A stretch of 58,602 nucleotides of DNA, counting the filler, from Trypethelium eluteriae (taxonomy: Eukaryota): assembly GCA_051942245.1 (NCBI GenBank). It is 2 parts of 2 records of this genome, joined end to end, with 100 filler letters (N's around TTAATTAATTAA, not from the genome) between each part and the next. Parts side by side here need not be neighbours in the genome. Positions count along the whole stretch, not along the records: positions 1 to 29,294 come from JAVECL010000296.1; 1 more part is not named here. The stretch is one strand, 5' to 3'. The position numbers were made by a program, and so were the translations under genes. The notes under the pieces were generated by a model. The model was given only the letters and a program-made list of their open reading frames with translations, did no database searches and had not been told where the DNA came from. Below, one piece after another: positions 14,792 through 26,898 of the stretch; position 1 is the stretch's first letter, and every line of letters starts with the position of its first letter.

Positions 14792-16790
14792 ATGGCATAC
14801 CCATGCCAACTGCTTCCGTCTCGGACCAGTATCAGGGTTCTAAAACTAAGCCAAGAAGAATCCAAATGCATCACGGTCCGCTCCTCCGCCGTCGAACTCG
14901 ATGATATGCCACGCTATAGTTGCCTTTCTTACACTTGGGATGGTCCACGATACTGCGACACTGACGATTCATGGACAAAGTCTGATCAAGCCATTGTCCT
15001 AGATGACACTAATTTCTGCGTCAGACGAAACCTACATTTAGCGATGCTTCATCTGTTGGCAATTAACGAGACCGGACCGATTTGGATTGATGCGATCTCT
15101 ATTAACCAAACAGACATTGCTGAAAGAACGAGCCAGGTAAGCCAAATGGCACGAATTTATAGTCAAGCTGAAGCTGTTACTGTGTGGTTGGGAAAAGAAG
15201 AGGCAGACACAGCTCTCGCTATCCAAAGTATGAGCAAGCTCGCTCTAGATATCGGAGAGCTCATAGATCACAATTCCGATTTCTACGAGCTTTTTAAGAA
15301 GAGCTATTCCAATACTCATTATACTGATGCTGAACTTGTTGTCAGCATTGATTTCATGACCACATACCAGTGGTTCAGTCGAGTATGGACAGTTCAAGAG
15401 ATGTGTCTCGCTGGCAGAATCGAGTTCTTGTGCGGCAAAAGGAAAATCGATATCGAGACTATTCTCAAGGGAAGCTTAGTAACGTTTATGTATAGCCTTA
15501 GTAGTGCCAGAGCTCGACTTCACGACACACAGGAACTGGAATGGGCTCGCAGTTTCGCTGCTAATCTATTAGGTGAATTAGCAGGTAGGAAATTCGATTC
15601 TTCAAGACCTTCGATTGGTGTAACGGCACAAATGTATCGGTCCAGAAAGGCAACAGATCCTAGAGACAAGGTATTTGGAGTTGCTGGCATTTCTGGTAAC
15701 CGTTCCCTTCACTCCAAATAAATGGCACTGAATCGATCTAGTACTGAAGAACAAATTCTTGTCCAAGCCGTTCGAGATAGACTACGCGAAAAGCGTGCAG
15801 AGGGTGTTTTCTGACGCTGCTGTGCACGCCTTGGGCGAAGCTCGTGGCCTTGAATCGCTCTCAGACGTAGGAGACAGGACTACCAATGCAACTCCGGACC
15901 TGCCCTCCTGGGTTCCAGATTATACCCGTGAACTATCTCCCAGACGTCGTATACGAAGTGCGAACGAATTCTGCGCAGTCTCAAAGTATCAAACCATAGT
16001 TTACACAACTCCTGAACCATCTATAGTTGTTCTGCTGGGATGTCATTTCGACACGATAACAAGAGTTTGCGACGCCTTTTGGGGACCCGAAGACCCTAAT
16101 AAAGTCTTGAACCTGCTTCGATTGGTGTCTGATGTGCAAACGAGAATACTCTCGCCCGACGAAACCCTTTCTATGTTATTGGAAAGGACTCTCGTTGCCG
16201 ATACTAGGGAAAATCCCGAAAGAAATCCAGCAAACGATCGTTCATCTGGCTTTCAACGTTGGCTATTCTCCCAAGTCTGCAGCGCTGTTCTAGGCCAGGA
16301 CCATGGAGCCGGAACTGCCTTCATTCGGGATCCTGAGTCGAACTTGGAGTCTGCATTGCGGAGTATTGGATTCACCGGCTATCTGGAAGATACTTTAAGA
16401 GAATCGTTACTCAAAGGTGCTCGTTTGTGCGAGTCAGAAGAAGCGGTGAAGCTGGCCGCTAGAGGCCGACAACCCATGGTTGAACAGGTCTATGCATCGT
16501 TTATGGACACCCAAACATACGAGTACTACAATGACTGGCAAGCCCTCTGTCAGCATCGAAAGCTATTCCTCACCCAGAGAGGATATGTTGGTCTTGGTCT
16601 CTCGCGAGTTCAAGTCGAAGATAGAATTTATTTACTTCAGGGAGGCATCGTACCTCACGTATTTCGACATCAGCCAAAGGATGGAGAAGACGTCTTGGAC
16701 TTCGAGGGAGAAGCGTACGTCCACGGGATCATGTATGGAGAAGCAACAAAAAGCGACGATCTGCAATTTCGAAAAATTACGGTGTACTAA
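14792..16790 (+). CDS. HET-domain (heterokaryon incompatibility, HET-6-like) protein
   Basis: Motifs 'YSCLSYTWDG', 'IWIDAISINQTDIAERTSQVSQMARIYSQA..V.VWLG', 'WFSRVWTVQE', 'ATDPRDKVFG', 'LPSWVPD', 'GEAYVHGIMYGE'. One intron at ~15696-15741 joins the two ORFs in frame. Confidence 0.92.
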
Positions 16791-17357
16791 TTCTCAAAAA
16801 GAAAGACAGTGACTACTCAAGCGTTACTCTTCCACTAGAGGAGTCTTACTCACTGTAGAGGAGGACGGGACTTTACAAGTGTCAGTAAGACTTACCCTAG
16901 AAGAGAAGATACAGTCTCTTGGGCCAAGGTGTTGATATATACATCTTCGGTGAGTTACACAGCCGTCAGTGCTTCGGGCCTCAGCATCCTCAGTGGAGTA
17001 CATATCATTCATTCTAAGTGTCTGCTTGCTCGAAAAACTCCTACCCTTTGTCGATCTGGAATATGGGGCGTCAAGGCATGCAACGGATAGAGGAAACACA
17101 GTCGAAACATAAGAGTACGGGTGAAGTTTTGCCATGAAGCGTCGCAGATCCTTATTCATTACCTACCTGTCGGAACGGACGCATAGTTGTTGCTCAGATT
17201 ATCTCTAAAAATGTGGCCAAGAACAGGTGGCGTATTTCAGGTACCCTTCTACAGATAAATGCATGAAAATAGTTTGTGGCCTTCAGATTTAGCAGCTAAG
17301 AAACAAGTTCTCGGTCTCTGCTTCCCTTGTCATCAGTCAGACCCAATGATACTTTCC

Positions 17358-17864
17358 TCACAACTCCACTGCCAAGAAACTTCTCCTTGCTTTCCACAGT
17401 TCGACCGCCCAGGCATTCCTTTTTCCAAATTCAAGTCCATGCTTCACCTCCCAAACATGCAGGTGCGTGGGAGGCGGATCAGTTGGCGTTAGCGAGGAGT
17501 CAGTGGCCTGGCTCGGTCCATGTAGATTGCTTGTGTGAGTTCTGAGGGGAGAAGCTGGTGGGGGAAGAAGATCACGCGGATCAGGATCATAGAGACCGTC
17601 CTCTGAATCAGTTTCAGTCGTTGGATTTTGCATGGATTTGCAGTGGCCGTGGCGGGAGACACGGAGGTCATTGTTCATTGAAGCGAGGGAAGAAAGGAGG
17701 GAGTCGTCACCGAAGAGAGTGGCTCGAGGAGTGTGGATGACTTGGTTGTCATCTTGTCCACCTGCTGTGACTATATGCAACGGTCGTTCTTCTCCATTAT
17801 TTGCTCCAGATACTGAGGATTCGATGAGCGTTGCGAGAGACGGGCGAGACTCGGGATGAGACAT
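17358..17864 (-). CDS. Hypothetical protein (orphan, possibly partial or decayed)
   Basis: 168-aa ATG-started ORF with disordered Ser/Pro/Asp-rich composition and no recognisable domain. Confidence 0.3.
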   Translation of the reverse strand: MSHPESRPSLATLIESSVSGANNGEERPLHIVTAGGQDDNQVIHTPRATLFGDDSLLSSLASMNNDLRVSRHGHCKSMQNPTTETDSEDGLYDPDPRDLLPPPASPLRTHTSNLHGPSQATDSSLTPTDPPPTHLHVWEVKHGLEFGKRNAWAVELWKARRSFLAVEL

Positions 17865-19392
17865 TAGGGAAGCTCGGGGAGACTTGCTCGCTGTATCTGT
17901 TCCCTTACTTCCCTTTTTCTACATGACGACGAAATCCTTCAGTGATGGACGCATGTGTCTTCGATAACTGACAGTCTTCGGGTGGCTCTGCAGGTCTGAG
18001 CTTACCTCTGCAAACAAAGGGGTTGGCTCTTGAGTGGAAATTCTGGGATGAAGATGATGAGCAGAGTTCATTTGATGATTGGGAAACATATCAAGAGAAT
18101 AAGCTGCTCACTCTTCCATAGACCTGTCAAGAATCCGACCCACGCTGTATTGCTTCCAACCTCTGACTGCTGTTAAGTGTTCACTTTTTTTGTCCACGTC
18201 ACAAAATTCTTGATCAAGCCAGTTTTCAACTTTATACTTTACATCTGGGTCTGCAAAGCGGAAGTTCTCATTGTGAGTATAGAGATTTACTGTACAAGGA
18301 GGAGTAAAGAGTGCGGATTGATGAGATGAACAATGCATATTGATACCATCAGTAGCAGGAGAGAAAAATAAGAACTAAAGATATAGCAGCACGTTGGATG
18401 AAGAACCTTGACCTCTTCTCCGGCCACGGCATGCGCATTTATATTTCGGGAGTGTCGGGTAATGTATCTTGGACCCTTGATCGTAAGACGAAGTGTGATA
18501 GGAAGCGAGCGGAAGGAATGGGGGGAAATGGGAAATGAGTGTCACTGGTATTGAAATTGAGCATGGAGATAAATTGCAGAATGTTGTACTGATATAAGCC
18601 TTGGTAATGAGTAATGAGCACGATCTACAGTCATGAAATACATTTCAAAAGAGTCAAAAGGTTGACTGTGTTCCATGGAGAAAGCGGTCACACTCCTAGT
18701 GAGGTATTGAAGACATGGTTCACCACTTCTCACATTTTCTGTCATAAATTCAACATTGGATACATACACTGCGAAGATCCTGCCGCATTCTCCTTGCCAC
18801 CTCTGCGGCCATGATAGCTGACTCTCAACCGTTAAAGTTGCGTCTAATTTGACCGCGTGTCATCATCCGAACTTGATCATCTTTGTGCAGTCATGTCGAA
18901 TGATGTAAAGGTACGTTGACTGGTTCAATCGTTTCATCAGTGAGCGATGACTCTTTCAGACCCGCGCGTGAGGTTCGGAGACTAGATAAACTGGAATATG
19001 TCACTTCCCAAACTGTAACGGAAGAGGTATTATCATGAGCTTAATCCGAATTGCTACAATCTCTGGCTCGATTCAAGCTTTGCGCCAAAGATGTCAATCA
19101 TCTGTAGTCATCGAAATGTCAAGTATGAGCTCACAAGTTGAGCGGGCATACACGGTAGTACACGGTGAGCTAAAAACTTCTTATTGATCAAATGAAGGAA
19201 TTCGACAATAGCCTCTATTGAAACTCTGTAGAGCATATCTTTCGTCGGGTTGTTCAGCTCGTCTCCGATATCCTCTCCTTTTCAGCACTTGACCAACTCG
19301 GTTCATATGGCTACCCAGCTCTCATGCCCTGGAATCCTATCGAGCTCCATTGTCTGATCAAATCTGGAAGCGATAAGTTAGCATCCGACTCA

Positions 19393-20413
19393 TCATACTG
19401 TCAAGCTTTGGGCAGTAGTGTCATTGTTCGGAGCCACCTCGTTGCCGAAATGGAAGGTTGTTGGTGGGCTGTTGTGGCCTGGTCCCCGCAGGACGCAGAA
19501 GTGATGTTGGTAATGCTTGAGATACCTGGTCTGGAAGTTCCTGGCCGCTCGGTGGAGGGTTTTGACCAGAGGCCGTTTCTGCTGCATATCCTGGTCAGAT
19601 GATGTACCACTTTTCTCTTCGCAGAGTGACGGAGTTTCAGATAGTATGGGCCGGTTGACAAGGCTTCTTTTTCCACAAAAAAACAAATCAAGAAAAGTAA
19701 GATAATGACTTGAATGAAGAAAGAAAAAGAAAGGCGGCCGACGACGATGTATATGATTGGGCGGGATGCTCAAAGTGTGGGCCAGAGGCGAGGTTTGGAG
19801 TCTGCGATAACTTGTGATGGCATGGATGTTTGGTGAATTGGGAGGCCATTATTGAATCACCGATTAGGACTCAAGCTGGTCAGCCTCATGACACCTCAGG
19901 TGTCAAGAAGAGTTCGTAATAGTAACATCAAGAAATGTTGAATTTTGACTTACCAGGATTTTGGAGCTGATTGCTACCTTCGTCATCAAACTGCCTCGGG
20001 ACCCTTTGCCTAGCACTGCGTCTTGTTCCAACTCTCTGTGGAGTCATGTTCTTTGGCCCACCGCCCTTCTTCTCACTCTTTGGGTGAGCATTGGCCTTCT
20101 TCGAGTCCTTTGGCCCCTGTCCTTCTTCAGCAGACTTCGAGCTTTCTTGCATCTCTGATTCTTTTGCCTCTTCGGTCAGTTTGTCCTCAAGTATTTCGTC
20201 AATCTCCTTCTTGATTGCTTCGAGTACGGCTTTATTGCTGTTGGGAGTGTCGAACATTGAAGCGAATTGGATTTGGCTACCGTATTTGCCGCTAAGGGAC
20301 CACAGGTCGTGGGCGTTCAGCGTTTTGGCGTAGTCAATAATGCCCTCTTTGTAAGATGGATCGTTGATATCCGTGTAGGCTGGCACAAAGCCCAATGAGT
20401 TCAAAGAGTTCAT
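19393..20413 (-). CDS. Hypothetical protein (orphan; exon 1 approx. 20413-19954, 3' exon uncertain)
   Basis: Good start context tcaatcATG, a helical N-terminal half, a Lys/Arg-rich tail ('TRRSARQR') and a perfect GTAAGT donor at ~19953. Candidate second exon at ~19617-19393. Confidence 0.45.
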
Positions 20414-23400
20414 GATTGAACTGATTTCAGTCGGGTTACGATGTATAGAATTTCGGAAACGTAACAGCCGACAACGAGATATGTATTCGAGGGGAATGGA
20501 GTTTTGAATGCGAGATTGAGATTGGGGTTGAGGTTGAAGTTGAGATTTCGGCTAGAGTGAGCCTCGGGTCGTGGGTGGAAAGTGTGAGTTGTGATCGGTC
20601 GCGACTGCCTGCCATGCTAACCGTGTCCTTCTATGCGGGAAGCTGCTTTATATGGTGATAAAATGCAATGCCTGTGTGAGAAGTGATTGACGATACGCGC
20701 GGATCACAACACTTCCTCACACACTCAATCCTATTCGAGGTGTAACAACTGGAAGACCCCAGAATTTCGTGGTTATACAATATCACATTACGTACGCTCT
20801 GATTTTTGAACATTGTGACTTAAATCCAACTTCCAAATCCGGTGTTCACCTCATATTGTAGCGTCCAGGCAGAAGTACTCGTTTCTGAGGCAGGTAACTA
20901 TTAGTGGATCGAATTTCGTAAAGCTTTGGACTTCGAATCCAAAAAGCTGCTGCTAGACACTGCTCTCAGTATATATGCATATACACTCAGTATGCAAAGA
21001 GATGCAAGCGCCGATGGAGAAAATGCGATAGACGGTAAAGATTGCTCGGTTCACAAGGAGCTCTCATGGCTGTTGGAAATCCTTGGAGCTGAGATATAAC
21101 CTTCCATTCTGGGCGCAGCTTTTCTCCTGACTCCTTCGCGAATGAGATGATAATGCTCTGCAATCCTGAAAGACGAGGGCGGGATGGAAGAGCTTGGACA
21201 TTCGACGGAGTTTTTGGGTCTCGTCATCGGAGACGTGCGCTTGTTACGCAGAATCCAGTAGAGGGAAGAAAAGAGATAAGAGAGCCAGACGTTTATGACA
21301 TATCAAGCGATAGGATTAAGTTTGAAACCTCGTCAGAGGAGTTGGATGCTAGATGATGGAGACGGGATGTCTCTAGCAGATAAAGATCAGGAACCGAGTC
21401 TAGGAAAAAGGTGAAGTCTCGATCCGCAAAGCTTCAAGTGGAAGTAGTCGAGAAGTCAGTAATTCCGATCAGAAATCGACGGTGATAAGAGTCAACGAGG
21501 TATCAGGGTGGTTCAAACCGTTGGCCGTGGGCTTCTCCGAAGGCTGGCTCATGAGCAGGTTACATTGGCTTACCCATTCAACGCTATCATTGCTAGACAA
21601 TGATGCTCTGCTTTCGACTGTAGATTGAAGCGCCTCTTTTTCATCCCAGTTTCGGTCATTTGTGGGCCTAGAATTGCACCGTCTTCGGGAAGACACATTT
21701 TCCTTGTAGGTCAACTCATCTTTTGCTTCGTATCTTGGATATAATCCAAAGTTGGTTCTCAATAAACCTTCGCGATAGTGTCGGTAGCCCCTTTGCATTC
21801 GCCCATGCTGTCAGGCAAGCTGTGGGCTTCTTGTTACGCGTCACTGTTCGTCGCATGGATGGGAGGGAGTGAGTCATGTCCAAGACATGCCCAGCGTAGA
21901 AGTTAATCTCATCATTTCTATATCTCTTGTCTCAAGAGCCTATACCGTCTCTGATCTTCACAAAGGAGGCTCGAGATTCTATACCTTTGTCCGCGTCCCC
22001 GGAAAGAGAGGACTCTAGAGTAATCTTCCCCAAAGTCTGGTGCACCATTCATTTCCTGTCTCTGGAGAAGTGTCTAGAAGACGAGACTCCGTCACACTAA
22101 TCAGTCACAAACTCAATTGTCTTGTCGAGTAAAGGCGTTGAGGAGAAAGACAATGAAGGAGATGATAGTCCGGAACTCTTGATTGGCCAGTCTGCACTTG
22201 CCCTGGTCTAACCGCACGGACCATCGAGCAGGATTTTCGGCGCTCGACTCCAACTTCTTCTTGCTCGCACAACACTTAGAACGCTGACTAGCAGGAACTA
22301 GTCTGATCTTGCAAGTTTGGCATTATCTAGCGGCTGCACAAATTGTTGGAGAGCTGGAAATCGGCGACGCTTGCATCCTCACTACAATTTAGTATCTCTA
22401 TTGTCCACACAGTCTCAGATTCACCCTATTCATAATTGGAACTACGGTATCTGACGGGTCATCCAAGGCTTGTCGCTGCTCCCACTCATCGCCGCTAAAG
22501 TACCTATCTCTATCTCTGCCGTTGGAGTGATGTTCTGTATCTTCTGATCCCAGTCATTCCTATTAAAATTAGGGGGCGTCTGAGTACGATACACGCGGCA
22601 CTTCTGATACAAGACGAAGGACTCGGGAGGCTCTATCACACGTCGTAGCGCCTTATGAGGGGCTTGTACCGGTATTTATCAATTAGCATTGCTTTTCTCA
22701 AGTCTTCTATCGGTCGTTTGGCGTTGCTGATCGGCAGTTCGAGAGTCAAATCATAGGGCATACTCCTGCTCCAAAGCGCGGCTGGATACATTTCAGATAG
22801 GTGGCTTGGGCGGTGAACCTACGTATGGGTGTGAAGAATAAGACTTCAAGCTTCGAGAGGTTAATACCATTGGGGGGAAGAGGTGGGGGGGCCTGTCATT
22901 TCTTCTTTAACAGAACCATCAGATCTTCCTCTCTCGCTCTTCAATCTCTTCTCTTCCCAACTTTTGATTGGGCTTCTACTCGAAAATGATCCGCAGTCGA
23001 CCGGAAGATTAATTGCTACATTACATACCCTTGGCTGGTGCAGTTGACTGAATTAGACCAAATTCTGCTCATGAGAAAAGAGAGGAGGTTGAAGACTAGG
23101 ATAGCACAGGACACCGGTGGGTGGAGGTGACAGGGGTAAGCTGCGCAAAAGCCACCTTACCTCTTAGCTGCGCAGATTAACGATCGGGATATGCCGCAAT
23201 TCCAGGAGTGCCAGGGTTCAGCTTCTCGAACAAATCACCGGAAAATGACTTTATGTACTATCGTATCCCTGCTCACTCTACTCCGTACGTTGCCAGACCA
23301 ACTTGATCTAACGATTTACAGCATAGGTTCCACACTCATCGCCGAGAACTGTAGGAATGTGTGAGACTACCAGCCTAACTCGGAGGATGAAGTGTGTTGA

Positions 23401-23676
23401 GCTTGATAGAGGCGTATTGGCCGAAACGATGAAGCAGCCCTGGTTTGCCGAGGCAGCCGACTCGTGAGACCAATCTCAATCGAGAATATACGACGCACTC
23501 ACTTGGCATGGCTTACATGACAGCGTTCCGTGCTCCTAAGGCCCAGAAGTGTGTAGATGTCCGATCATCGCCCCAGCCCAGGCTGGTCCGCTGTAAAGTC
23601 CGCGCTACTGCGCCAGTGAGCACATATATGCATCCATAATGCTATTAGTCACGACTGTCGTAGATGTATGCGGAGC

Positions 23677-23684
23677 TATAAAAG
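23677..23684 (+). promoter_or_regulatory. Candidate TATA box of the methyltransferase gene
   Basis: TATAAAAG about 115 nt upstream of the ATG at 23794. Confidence 0.45.
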
Positions 23685-23793
23685 TCCGTAGCAATATTCA
23701 AATGTGTAGATTGACGATTTAACTTTTAGTTTTCAACATCCTACCTCAACGACCAAAAGACAGACAAACGTCAACACCGCCCAGAAAGAGGCC

Positions 23794-24515
23794 ATGTGGC
23801 CATTCAACGTAGAGAGATACAATTCAGCCCTTCTCTATATTTACAACATCCTGGTGCTCTCACTTGTAAATACGTATATCTGGCGATGTCCAACGAAAGA
23901 GAACATGCTCGCTCTTTACAAACAGCGTGCCGGGCGTAGACACTGTGATATCGGTATTGGTATGCACGATTGTGACGAGTCTTGAGAAGCACTATTCAAC
24001 CAAAAGTAGGCACTGGGTATTACCTCGATCACCTCGATTATGCAGATGACGCGTCCGTTGATCTGATCGATATCGAAACAACACCCCTTTCTTCTACGCA
24101 AAATCTACTGCGACGCCGAAACCCAAGGCTTCCGATACATACTCATGTACGTGACATCTTGTCAGATGAGAAACTACCCGGAGACGTCAGCTATGATTCC
24201 GTAGGTCTGACATACCTATGGCATTGCCTCCCTGGTCCAGCAAGTCGGAAAGCACGGATTTTCTCCAAGATCGAGGAGGTTGTGTCTCCGGGTGGTGTGG
24301 TGTTCGGAGCTACAGTACTTGGTCGAGGTCCCTGGCACGGTTGGTCTGCTAGCTGTCTCGTGAGAGTGCTGAATTGGATTGGCCAGTTTGACAATATGAA
24401 CGACACAAAAGATACGGTTCAGAAAGGGCTCGAGGAGAACTTCCGAGATGTAAAAACATGGATCGTTGGTTCTGTACTATTGTTCGAGGCAACAAAGTCT
24501 ACAAATAATAAATGA
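23794..24515 (+). CDS. Class I SAM-dependent methyltransferase, AdaD/VrtF-like
   Basis: 'LLYIYNILVLSLVNTYIWRCPT...RHCDIGI|GTGYYL' (intron 23960-24009), 'YDSVGLTYLWHCLPGP', 'GGVVFGATVLG', 'G.FDN..D', 'VGSVLLFEA'. The pattern matches the small methyltransferases of fungal polyketide clusters. Confidence 0.85.
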
Positions 24516-25483
24516 AGCCACTGTGCGCGCTAAGTAGAGTACATTCAACATGCTATTTATCGTTCTGAACTTATGGTAAGAGTTTATTGACCAATGACGT
24601 ACGACGGTATTATGGTAACATAGACAGCGTAGCGGATGCCCATACGCTGAGCGATATCTGTAACTAACAGAGTCTCTGTATGACCCAGATAGCTAGGTGC
24701 TGAAATGAGAACGAAATCGCACGATGGAGGTAGAACTACGAAGGCGTCAGAGCGAGATTGAGTACTCCGTACCCAAAGCAAGGCGCCAAGATTCCAACTC
24801 CGAAACTCCGATCAGAGAAAGCACCCCCAGCACGCCATGCATGCTTACCTAATGTATCGATGGTACCACCATGCCAAGGTTTCGTCCAAACATAAGATTA
24901 GCGGACAACTCATCTGAAAATACCTACCTGACTACACTACCTGGGCAGGTACCTAGGTATCAATAACAATACCTGCAATCACTAACTAGTTTAATTGGAG
25001 AATACAATGTAATCCGTATTCAACACACTCAAGATAAACCCTTGCAAGATCGCCGTGCGAAGACAAGTGCTGACCGACTGCTACCCCTTTGTCTTATGAC
25101 TCCAAATCCTGCGTCTCTGCGGCACAGCAATCGCAACATCCTCACTACTCTCCCATGAAAATAGTTGCTAATCAAGGACTGCTGGAATTACCAATCAAAC
25201 GAAAAAAAGTAAAAAGGTTGCACCGTCGATTTTGGTGTACCTGCCACGCGCCAGCGGCCAGCCTACATCCTTAGGTGTTGCCAGCAAAGCTGATGAGCTT
25301 TTCTGGAGTGCGCCTTCCTCAATTATTCACCAGCGGTGCTAAGGAGCTAGCCCAGTCTCCACAGCATGTCGGCAGACCTATTCCGTCAAGTCAGCTAGGA
25401 CTAATGGCTTTATTTAATGCGGCCAGTTTTTCTTAAGTGCCTCCTCAATAGTAGAAAAAGTTACGGCTTCTTTTTCCTTTCCG

Positions 25484-26898
25484 ATGACGTCTCCAGACAT
25501 CTCTGCGCTTGCTGCTGATCTCGGAGCCTTACGGCACGAGCCAGCAGATGAGGATGATCGGCTAAAAGCTTTGCATACGGCAAGAAAGCTCGTGTCGGCG
25601 CTGGAGAAACCCGAAGAAGTGATTACGCGCTTTGCACTTGAGGTATATCAAGATCTGGCATGCTCGAATGCGAGACTAACCTATCAAGCTGGGCCCACAA
25701 CGCATGGCGCTTCGTATTGGATGCGACCTTCGCATTTTTCGGATCTTGGCTGCTCGAAACGGTAACCCAATCTCTGCTAAGGGGTTAGCAGCTGAGTCGG
25801 AAGTGAATCAGCTGTTCTTAGGTGAGTACTGGCATAGCAGCTCACAATCATATCTCGCAAAAATTCTGATCAGATCTATCAGTCCGCTTGATGCGCGTTC
25901 TCACCGCTGTGGGATTTGCTGCCGAAGTTGATGAGCAGAGCTACATAGCTACACAGCTAACAGAAGCTATGGCTAGGCCGGCGCTCGAAGGTGCGACCAG
26001 GATAACGTACGTCATGTTGCTCCTATCCTTATGCGACCGCGGCACTAACCTTGCACTACCTTGCGATCAGTTATGATTTGTCCGGATTCATATTACATCG
26101 AGCGCCCGAATATTTTCGCGAGCACAACTATGCATTCCCGCCGAGCGGTAATGACTGCCTTTTCCAATGGGCTTTGGGCACTAACAAATCTTACTTTGAT
26201 CACATACATGGCGATCCGGAAAGGTCGAAAGACTTCAATGCATATATGGCGGAGAATCGTAGTGCTCGGAGGCACTGGACAGAGTGGTACCCTACTGGCA
26301 CGGAGATTGTCAACGGCTTCTCAGCTGAACATGGTGATGCTGTCCTCGTGGATATTGGGGGTGGAAGAGGCCATGACTTGAGAAAGTTCCTTCTCAAACA
26401 TCCAGAGACCAAAGGCAACTTGGTTTTGCAAGACCTACCGGGCGTTCTCGCAGATGCAGGCCTGTTGCATGAAAGTGGTATTCGCTGTGTTGCTCACAAC
26501 TTCTTTGAGCCACAGCCGATTCGAGGTAAAGTACTATTCCAGTACCCTACGCCTTCCTTGTACTCATTCAAGCAGGAGCTCGAGCCTATTACACGCACTT
26601 TGTGATACATGACTGGCCAGACGAGAAGAGCCGAGAGATCCTTCTCAACATCAAATCGGCAATGACGCCAGGATACTCGAAGCTTCTACTCAACGAATCG
26701 GTTCTCCCAGACAAGGACTGTCCGCCTTACTTCGCCGGGATCGACTGGTGTATGATGGCCATCTTGGCGGGAATGGAGCGGACTAGGCAGCAATGGATTG
26801 AGCTTGTCCACTCTGTTGGCTTAGAACTCGTCAACATCCGAGTCTCTCCATTTGCAGGCGACCAAGAAGGAATCATTGAGACTATTATACCAGTATGA
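25484..26898 (+). CDS. SAM-dependent O-methyltransferase (Methyltransf_2 family)
   Basis: Four introns (approx. 25643-25688, 25822-25881, 26007-26070, 26525-26574). Winged-helix N-terminus, then 'VLVDIGGGRGHDL', 'LVLQDLP', 'HNFFEPQP', 'IHDWPD', 'AMTPGYSKLLLNE', 'GMERT..QW'. Confidence 0.93.

Noticed and set aside
18840..18910. 'LTACHHPNLIIF' resembling kinase subdomain IV
   Set aside because: No other kinase motifs found nearby; too short to support a call.
25050..25060. TCG-N5-CGA (AflR-like) site upstream of the O-methyltransferase
   Set aside because: Single imperfect copy, none seen before the neighbouring methyltransferase, and expected by chance every few kb.
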